From: Marsupella aquatica
Lineage: Eukaryota > Plantae > Marchantiophyta
Reading direction: 5' to 3'
DNA: 64,000 nt
Assembly: GCA_973895155.1 (NCBI GenBank)
Contig: OZ316891.1
Coordinates: forward strand, 26,839,972 to 26,903,971
Below are positions 54,429 through 64,000 of this stretch, in pieces. The position numbers and the translations under genes were made by a program. The number at the start of each line of letters is the position of its first letter. Positions within the stretch are counted from its first letter, which is position 1. The notes below the pieces were generated by a model. That model was not told the DNA's origin, did no database searches, and worked only from the letters and a program-made list of their open reading frames with translations.

Positions 54429-57400
54429 ATGACAGGAAAGCTGGGCGCCCCGCATGGTGTGGAGGGCTGGAAGAGAGTGGCACTGATTGCGTCCTGCGTT
54501 TCGATGTCCCTGCTGACCACGCTCGTGGTGTCTCGGCGATATCGGTTTGTGACAACTCGTCCGCTAGTTGAACTTATGTATCTACTGTTCTCAATTTAAA
54601 TCCCTTGCCATGCATCTACTGTTGGCTCAATCCTCGGTCTTGGCCGACTGCTACCTTTGGGTCCTGTGGCCGTTCACGTACACTCGGTTCCACTTTACGA
54701 TGGTTTTTTCCTGTGGATGAATTGATGAGTCTGTTCGGGTTGTGCTGGCTGATGCTCCGGGATCGTGCAATTTGGGAAATTCTAGTTACTCTGGGAATGA
54801 TGATAATATTCTGTTCCTAAAGTTAGTCCGCATGGTCACCAGGTATGAGAGGCAACTCTGGTTTTGAGGGTTTTGGGTTTTGGGGTTATGGCCTTTGTTT
54901 CGCGTTTTGGGAATCCTGAAAATGCGTGTGCAGCGGCGTTCTTGAACTGCGTTCAATTTCAACTGGGTTAAGGTTTAATGAGCTAAAGTCCCTCGCGCAG
55001 CTATTGATGAGCTGCCTATTAATAAATTGGCAAAATTTGCATCCAGAGGTTCAGGGCTGAAAGGGTGGATACGTTGAGTCAATGGGGAGTACATAGTCGT
55101 GTGCCTGTCTGGACATGTTCTGAAGTTCTAGACAACTCAGCAGTATTATAATGAGTCTGGGTGACTGAAATTTGAACCATTTCGCCTAGGTGATAACAGA
55201 GTGGGGTTCGTATCATTTCAGGAAGTGGGCTTTGGATAGGCTCCGACATTCCCCGTCAGATTCCTCTTTGAAGAGTCATGGCCCCCAACATGGATTGAAC
55301 TTTAAACAGGATGGTACGACTTTGTACTCTATCCCAATCTCCTGACCACCGCCCTCAAATCTTTGACGTTTCAATTGGTGTCATTTGTAAGATAGGTTCT
55401 ACCACTGGTTGGTGACGTCCTCCGTGAGTGGCATTGGGGAGTATCAACTCAGTCATGGCCACTGAGTTGTCAAGATTGGAAAAATTGCCTTCATTCTCCA
55501 AGGTATCTTGTCTTGAATTAGTAGCTCAATACAAATTGGAGCACCTGACATGTGTGTTTGGAACTGTTCTGGGATTGTACAGATATCCCATTACTTCATT
55601 TGTCACCAAAATTCACGGATATGGATTTTACCACTGATGAAATCATTGTTGAACAGTTCACGAGGTTTGCAGTACTTTCATCTCCCTTTCAGCCTTCATA
55701 GATTTGCCACGTTTGGCGTACTATTTTCGTTTAGGTTTATGTCATAAAGCTGATATTCTAAAGACCATTTCAGGACGAATCGTTTTTCCTTACAATAGTA
55801 TCAATTCGACTCTACTGGGAGTGTGACTTTCTTGTGATTTCTTGGCAAGCATGAAATGAATGATGTGGAATGCTGCCTGAAATGCAGGAATATTCAGTTT
55901 TATGGAAAGGAGGGCCAGAAGAAAGTTCATGAAGCTCTGGTGATAGTTATAGGGCTGGGAGGAGTTGGCAGTCACGCTGCCACAATGCTTCTTCGGTCAG
56001 GAGTTGGCAGACTTCGGCTCGTAGATTTTGATCAGGTTCGCGAAGATAGTCTGTTTTTGTTGCTTATGCGAGCTTAATTAAACATTGACGGACATCTGAA
56101 AAGGGATAAGTCGTGGACCGACCTGTAACCCGATCTTTTACACGTGCCAGCTATGGGTGGTTAACGTTTTGGACCGTGCTAAGCAGGTGTCCCTGTCGTC
56201 ATTGAATCGCCACGCAGTGGCAACCCGTGCAGATGTGGGGATTTCAAAGGCTCTGTGTCTTCAAAATCACTTCAAGGCTATATTTCCCGAGTGTGAAGTC
56301 GATGCTCGGGTCCAGATGTTTGATTCATCGTCATCAGAAGAAATCCTCTCCGGATCTCCAGATTTTGTTCTAGATTGTATTGACAACATTGATACAAAGG
56401 TGTGTTCGTACATGATTTGGAAGGGTCATTGAAGTCGTCCTAGTCAGTATGTTTGTCAAGTCGTTTATTCGAAGTGCTACTTGATGTCGGAATGGGGAAT
56501 GGTCTAGACAATTTATTCTTTCTGGACGTGCACTACCTATACCAACTAGGTCTAAATATTGGAGCTTTGAATTTATGTACAGGTAGCCCTTCTCGCAGCT
56601 TGTGTAAAGAAGGGAATGAAGGTTTTATCTGCAACAGGAGCAGGTGCTAGGGCTGACCCGACTCGTGTTCGAATAGCAGATTTAAGTGAATCGTCCACGG
56701 ATCCACTTTCTCGTTCGGTAAGAAACCTTTGCACACAGTACGTAGAAGCGACTCATTTTGTTGTTTTTTTACTTTTTGCAAAACCTTGTGGACGAGAAAA
56801 TGCTAAAGAACATGGAAATACCAAGCAATGTCTTAATGATAAAGAAAGAAAAGTCCTGAGATCTCATGACTACTATAGATCTTCACAGGCTAATTTTGCA
56901 AACGCTACAGTGCACTTGCCCTTCATAGGTCCCCAGAAGTATGGGGAATCCAAAGAGATGTCTAGATGTCGTGGTGCTCTCTAAACTACAGCTGAAGCCG
57001 ATGATCTTCAATGAATCACTGTAATCTGCGCATGCAATAAGTTTGCGGTCAAATTTTTACCAAATAAATGAAGGACACTGAACGTAAACTAGAACCCCTC
57101 TGCAAGATATTTCATTCTGGACAAGGAAGGGCTTCTAACCATCTACAAAGTCCCATGGGCTATAAAGACCACATCATCCAGTCATTCTTCAACACGCGCT
57201 TCTCTTTGCAAGCACGACAAAGGAAATGGACCTTACAGAGAAAGTGGCTTTCTATTTTTACTTGGCCCTGGACGTCTGCTTATGCCGTCGGTCCCTGTGG
57301 GTATGTTCCTGTGCCAGGTCAGACATCGGTTGCGCCGTAAACATGGAATCCTTGGCGGCATACCGGTGGTCTTTTCCACTGAGCGTCCCAAAATGAAGCT

Positions 57401-58654
57401 GCTGCCATTTACTGCACCAGATGAAGGAGCTGCTTCTCCTGCTGACTTTCAGGTAATCCATAATCAGAGCTCATGTCAGAGCCTATGGTTAGCTCTAGAT
57501 GGGTTTTGACAAAGTAAGTGCAGGGCTTAGGATAGGACTGCATCTGTAGTACGACTAAAATTCAATTTAGATCAATTTAGGCGATCCAAGACTGCATAGA
57601 TTAACCACTCAGGGAGTCAATTGTGGACTCAGGTAGTGCCAGGATTCAGAGTACGGACCATTCCTGTACTGGGTACCATTCCTGCTATTTTTGGCCAAGT
57701 CATGGCTTCATATGTGGTAACCAGCATTGCAGGACTCCTCGTCTCAACGGAGCCTGTTGTGAACTTGGATCTGGAGCATTATGGCATGTTGCATCAACGT
57801 CTGATAGAGCGAGAGGAGCTTCTCTTCGGAACTTCTTCAGAAGTTGAGGTAGGAGATAGACGTCTACTTACATCTGATAGTATCTTATTTTTCTGAGCCT
57901 GGTCGAAACTTTTCTCATTGGCTTTCAAAATTGTGAGGTGGATGAAGTGTGAGTCTTGTAATCAATAAAAAAGTAATGAATGCAGTCTATTTGATTATTT
58001 TGGAAGGTGATATGATTTCCATTTCATTTGAAGTGCTAGATGAATTCAACCACGCAACTGGATGACAGGTGGACAAGGAGGAGGTAGCTTATATTGTCCG
58101 AGAGATTTGGCGAGGCAGAAGTGCAAGGCAGCAAAGTTCACAAGATGTCGGTCGTGGGATGTGGCAGTCCATGAAAGCGTTGACCCTGACCAGGTTTGAA
58201 GTAATACCATGCAAATGAATTACAGCTAACTCTCGAATGATGCCAAAATGACCACACCTCACTCGGCGCTTAATGAAATTTCCTGAAATCTATGACTGTA
58301 CCAGGTGGGACCAGTCGCAGCCCCCATCAATAGCCAACCTGGTCCTCCTTACATTTCCTGAGGTGTGTATGCTTTGAGCTTTTACTGAATGTTCTGATTT
58401 CTACTTTGTACTTCGCACAAACTGTTCTTCCCATCACTCAATCTGGGAACTCTTCTAAGGGATGGAGACACTATCAAAGCTCCCACCTAATCATGAACGA
58501 ACCAAAAACCCGTGAATGTATTAACTATCATTTTCTTTTGCAGGCGGAGGACCACGAGGAGAAAACCCTCCTGGATCTGCGGTCTCAGGAGCCAGAGTAT
58601 TATGCCATGGTAGAGGGCAAGCTGAAGATGGTCCGCCAGCAGTTTGCAGTCTAG
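54429..58654 (+). CDS. tRNA threonylcarbamoyladenosine dehydratase (TcdA/CsdL/TCD1-like, ThiF/E1 family), 11 exons, ~476 aa
   Basis: Exons 54429-54544, 55222-55313, 55583-55664, 55888-56035, 56187-56399, 56583-56717, 57318-57452, 57633-57848, 58069-58193, 58305-58362, 58544-58654 (1431 nt in frame). N-terminal TM anchor; EQFTRNIQFYG, VIGLGGVGSH, DFDQVSLSSLNRH, LDCIDNIDTK, GAGARADPTR, DPLSRSVRHRLR, PVLGTIPAIFG. Confidence 0.9.
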
Positions 58655-59486
58655 GGCTAGGTGATTCATCACTGATGAACTCGTGGGAGCTCCGTTCCAT
58701 CACAAGGTTTTAGCTTGAGGATGAATTTCTATGAGATCTCTTCGAGGGAACATACCTCAGGAGTCATCGGCATGGAGTAGCGATTAGGACAGCTGGTAGG
58801 GAAACTGGGAATGTGGATTGCAGATGTATAATTTAACATGAGACGATGTGGTTTCCCTCTTGCCTTCGTTCGACCGTATTGGATTTTGTGTTCTTTCACA
58901 TGTGCATTTTTCTGGTTGGATCAATGGCAGTACGCTATGGCAGTGTTCTCCCAGTCACAGTAAACTCTGACATCCACCTGATTTCTCCACGTCTCCTCTA
59001 CCTGGAAAGAATCATAGCCCAAAGTCTGCGTCGTCCATGACTTGGTCATTTGTCTTTAGAATCGCGGGCAATGACGAGGCTTTAATTGAGACAAGAGCTC
59101 AACTTGCCACCTTCCCTCAGGTCAGGATCAAAGCCTTCCAGATCCCTTTTAGTTGTGAAGGACACCGCCGCTACTTTTGTATACCCAAACAAACAGTGCC
59201 AGCCAATGCATAATGTCGAGAACAGAGCTTTTTAGAACTCCCGATTCACAATCGGAAGGTTCTATTTGGGTTACAGGTTCCAGAGAATAAAATTCTGGCT
59301 ATTTTGACTGTCACCCATGACAGGTTAACAGAGAGCAACACGTCTAATCTCATCAGCTGAAATTCTCAGTTATGATGATGAAGCGAGTTGATACGGGCTT
59401 TCTCGAGGGGTTTCGTCTCTTGACTTGTATTAGTCAAACTTACCTGCACCTCAAAATTTACAAGTTGCTCACTGTCTACTGTGGTC

Positions 59487-62400
59487 TCACCTACCATCCA
59501 AGGAGTTCGTATCTGAACCACTATAATCCCATGACCTGGAACCGAAAACCTCCACAGGCGAGGTTGGGCCTGGGTCTTCACGAGATAATGACAGATATTG
59601 CTCCCAACTACGACCATCAAAAGATACACTGACATCATGAACCTCTTCGCCATAGTGCTTCTTACGCTTGGGAAAAGGAGGTACAGCAGCTTGATTAGAA
59701 AGCATGCGTAGCACTTGGCTCATGGAAGGACGCAAGCTATGAGAATAATCAGTGCACCAAATAGCAACTCTCAACATCGTAGTGGCCTCACTGAGCACGT
59801 AGTCTTTGCCAAGCCGCTTGTCCACCATTTCCCCGAAGTCCCCAGCCATGAACATCTGCCATGCCCAGTGGCACAGAGGTATCTGCTGTCGTGATCCAAC
59901 TGCAGTCTGCATTCCCCGCCTTCCAGTCACCAGTTCCAGTAACACTACCCCAAAGCTGAAAACATCCACCTTGTCCGACAGCTGCCCATTCATTGCATAT
60001 TCTGCGAAGGAGGCGTTTCAATCAAGATAAGCTTTTGGAAGGAGAGCAAATTTACCAAAAAAATGGTACAACAAAATCAGGAGAAAAACCAGCAGATGAC
60101 CGAAAAAAACCTGAGGAAAACCCCAACCAAAGACCTACAGAAGATCACCTACGCTAAAGTAAAGGTACTAATGATCTGCATCCAATCCAATGTCGAGCTA
60201 AATCTACGAGGAGTGGATCAAAATCCTCTCCACAATTTCTGTACGGAAAGAAGATGAAAGAAGGAGTGATATGCTTACCTGGAGCCATGTAGCCTCTCGT
60301 TCCCATAACACCCGTGATGATCTCAAGTTCTTGCTCTTCCAGGAGACGAGCCATACCAAAGTCGGCAATATATGCACTGTTGTGATCAAGTAGTATGTTG
60401 CTCGGCTTGACATCCCTGTGTACAATCTTCTGAATAGTCTCCTCGTGTAAGTAGTTTAGGCCTCGGGCGATGTCCAACGCAATCTTACACCTGGCAGACC
60501 AAGGAAGAATGGGGGACAAGGATTCCTTGAACAGAGCGTCGTGAAGGTTTCCGTTGGGCATGAACTGGCAAACGATGATTGGGCTCCCCTTCTCCAAGCA
60601 GCATCCGATTAGTGGGACCAAATTTCTGTGGCGCACCGTGCTAATCACCAGCAGCTCATTCTGCAGACTCTCCAGGGAGCATGTGTTCGGAAAGCTGAGC
60701 TGCTTGATGGCTATGAAGGCACCGTTTGGAAGCACTCCCTTGTACACACTCCCGAACGCGCCCTGTCCTAATAAATTCCGCTCACTGAAATTGTTGGTGG
60801 CAGCTTCCAATTCGGCATACTTGAAGGACAACAATCCCACGTTGTCCCACGCACCAGCAATTAGCCGGGCCCTTCTTCTCCTTCGACATAGCATCCAACT
60901 CACACAAACCAACAACACCGCAAGACCAAATAAACTTCCTCCGGCCACAGCTGCGACTATAAGCCCGGCCTGGCTTTTAGAATTTTGTCCTTGACGTTGG
61001 ATGTTGAGAGCAGAGAGAATCGGCCCGCGGTAAACCTTCATCTGCTCCTGTGTTGCAGGCCAGCTGCCTCGCCCCACGAGCCGGATATCGATCACACCGT
61101 GGGAGATAGAGACCGGGAACGGGAGAATTAGAGGGCTCATTGTGCCTCCTGTTCTGCCGAAGATGTCCAGAGATGCAATCCTGAGTTCCCCTTGGATGTA
61201 GACACTAAACACCCGTTGCCCGGATCGATTCACTAAGATATCGAGCTCTGCGAAGAAGAGGTCAACGACATACTCTCCTGGTGTCAAATTTCCGATTCTA
61301 TAGGAGAGAGTATCCCCTCCTACACGAGCTGTCTGGAAGATTGTCCAGTCCTGGATCCACTCGGGTTCTGGCATCAAACCAGGTAGACTATCTGTAGGAG
61401 GACTGGCGCTGGAGGTGATGATGCTTGTCCCGCTTTCTTGGACCGCTCCTTGCTCACTCATAACCCAGGGCGTTGTCCCACTATTGTTGTTTAACGAGTA
61501 TTCATAAGAACCCAATAGGGAGGTAAAGCTATCATCAGCAACAAATTGCAGTCCTGAGAATCTAGACTGGACCTGAGGACCACCGGCATTGATTGCCAAT
61601 CCATTGGAGAAACCAAAACGTAGGCACTGTTGATTCAATGAGGTGTTCAGCAGCTGCGTACAGGCCCTGCTCCCTTGAACTGCCAACCACGAACTCTGGT
61701 CAAAGTCGTTGAAAATCAGGTTGGCTTGCACGCGGTCGGAGTTGAGAGTTGACACCAGCAGGGATGGAATAGACCCATTGAGCTGATTGTTGGAGAGGTC
61801 GAGGAATTCCAGGTTTCCCAGTTGACTCACATCTGAGGGAATTGGCCCTGTTAGACTATTATTGCACATTGAGAGAAACTTGAGCCCTGCCATCGGGGCA
61901 GCTACTGGCGTGTTTCGAGGATCAGGAAGTGAACCAGTAAATCTGTTGAATCCTAGGCTGATGTTCGTCAACGACCCGAGGAGCAACGTCTCCCAGGGAA
62001 TCTCTCCCTCCAGTTCGTTGAAGTGGACGTAGAGACTTTGAAGGCTTTTCAGGCGAGGCCAAATGCTTTTCGGTAATGTTCCATTGAGTCGATTGCCTTG
62101 AAGCTGCAGCTCCTGGAGCAATGTCAGGTTTCCCAAACTCTCTGGCAGGGGCCCAGCGAGCTGATTAACATGAAGGAAGAGTACCGTGAGTTGCGTGAGA
62201 TTGCCAATATCTTCCGGAATGTTACCAGTGAGCTGGTTATCAAACAGCCGGAGCTTGTGCAAGCTCCGCACACTGCAAATGCTGATAGGGATCGGTCCAG
62301 AGAACTGATTGGAGTCCAGGTACAGCTCCTGCAGTTTGCTCATCCGGTTCATATCCACAGGAAGCCCTCCCGCTAATAAGTTCCCACTGAGATGCAGCTT

Positions 62401-63192
62401 CGTCAGATTTGACAACCCTGTGAGAGAAGCAGGCAGCGGTCCCATCAACGAATTCAGTCCGAGGTCCAGCACCGTGAGCGCCTCTAGCTGGCCGAGCGAT
62501 TCGGGCAGTGACTCGTTCAGACTATTGTGACTAATATTCAGCACAGAGAGACTGGACAGGGTCCCCAGGCACGGAGGGATGCGACCTTCAAGAGAGTTAC
62601 CGCCCAACACCAAAACTGACATTGACGAGGCTCGACAGATATCTTCGGGCACTTGTCCTCGCAGCTGATTCTGGGCGAGTGACAGGCTCTGGAGAAACGG
62701 AAAGTCGCCAAAAATTCCGGGGATTTCTCCGACGAAAGAATTCCCACTCAAATCTAAAACCCGGAGAGTTGACAGATTCGAGAGACTGCCTGAGAGATCG
62801 GAGAGACTGCCAGTGAGGCTACAATTGGCGAGAGAGAGAGAATTAAGGCGTGGCAAACGTCCAATGCTGGAAAAGAATGCAACGGAGATGATTCCACCGG
62901 TACCATTAAGATTGATGGCGACGACATGTTGCAGAGGAGTCCCACCGTCGCATGTGATACCTTGCCAAGCATTTCTGCACGGGTCCGGCCCCGTCTTGTT
63001 CAGCCATGCGTTGGCGTTGATACTTTGTAGCGCGTCAAGCTCGTCTGTGTAGGTCGGGCTCGGGGCTGCCGCTGCGGCGGCTGTACTTGAGAGGGGGAGA
63101 GAACTCGAAACGAGAAGTAAGAAGTTGAGGATGCTCAGGCTAGCTCTTGCCAAAGCCCTTCTTCTACTATCCCAGGACCTCATCATCTCCAT
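59487..63192 (-). CDS. LRR-malectin receptor-like kinase (RD kinase), 2 exons, ~1142 aa
   Basis: Exons 63192-60279 and 60001-59487 joined as GYMAP|EYA. Signal peptide, C..W.GITC cap, ~16 24-aa plant LRRs, malectin domain (AINAGG...TAR...YVVDLFFAE...RVFSVYIQG...GPILSAL), TM, kinase GQGAFGSVYKG, HRDVKPSN, DFG, DVFSFGV. Confidence 0.93.
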
Positions 63193-64000
63193 CGTCAGCA
63201 GTGCATGCGCCTCCTGCCAATTTAAAGACCTCGAGCTAGCTACACTCGATTGTGTCCCAACATCAGTCTCTGGATCCTTGCCTTCATGAATTCTGATCTG
63301 CTTCTGTCACCCAGAGGTAGATTGAGTGACTAGAATGGATGACTTCTTCCCGGCGCCATTGGGACTCATTTCTGAGTGAGATCAATAATGGAGAGTCAGA
63401 CTGACATATATAAGGACTCAATTTTAGAGAGATGAATGGAGACTGAGGCAGACCGTCATTGTGCATCGTCTACAGTAGATGTTAGTACATACAATGATCC
63501 CGTCAAGTCGTGTCGATATTGCATCACTGGAGTGCGTTCCTGCAGGAGTTTTCACCGCTTTGCTTCGGTCATGCAATCAGCAACGAACCGTGCATCAATG
63601 ATACTGTAGGCATTCAAATGAAATCTAGACAGTCTGTTCTGCTCACTTTGACTCTCACAGTCAGTCCCAATTGGACCTGTCGACGTACTCGGTACCAATC
63701 GCCTGGAACGCATGATCGATTCAGAGACTAAGCAGCGGAGAATCGAGAGTCCAGGCAATTCTTAACAACTGATCATGCATTTCGCATTGCTGCCATCGTT
63801 TCGGAGCAGTTTGTAGACAGGATGGAGGATCAGAGATTCAACACGTCGAAGACGAAGAGCAGCCGGCAAATGCAAGCAGATCTTCGCGGAGCAGTGTGTA
63901 GCAGCAATCTGATGCTCACAAAACAACCAGATACCGTGGGAGACCATGTAATTATAGGAGGGGAAGACCCAGATTTCTCGCTGGGAGCTTTGAAAGTTTC

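Noticed and set aside
55428-55503. Extra exon of the TcdA-like gene
   Set aside because: Candidate splice sites are phase-incompatible with the neighbouring exons, which already join in frame.

Overview
Eukaryotic land-plant nuclear DNA (spliceosomal GT-AG genes, TTTAGGG-type telomeric motifs; lineage cannot be fixed from sequence alone). There are five ordinary host genes: an intronless A1 aspartic protease, a mitochondrial enoyl-CoA hydratase, a PTC52/PAO-family Rieske oxygenase, a TcdA-like ThiF protein and an LRR-malectin receptor kinase. They are separated by repeat-rich spacers. The centrepiece is a 14.66-kb Mutator-like element (27814-42469) with ~84-bp TIRs and a perfect 10-bp TSD; an empty-site paralog of its target lies in the same window (49173-49182). 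Besides a disrupted spliced MuDR transposase, it carries an ORF with an RNase H1 hybrid-binding-type domain and a convergent 9-exon gene of unknown function built partly from tandemly amplified exon+intron units. It also holds telomeric tracts and ~25 copies of a spaced palindrome GAAGAC-N12-GTCTTC, all found in its non-coding parts. This layout resembles the VANDAL/VANC sequence-specific anti-silencing systems, which is an inference. A 3'-truncated U5 snRNA retrocopy with an 18-bp TSD was also found. Exon boundaries and motif counts were read by eye and need computational or RNA-seq confirmation.
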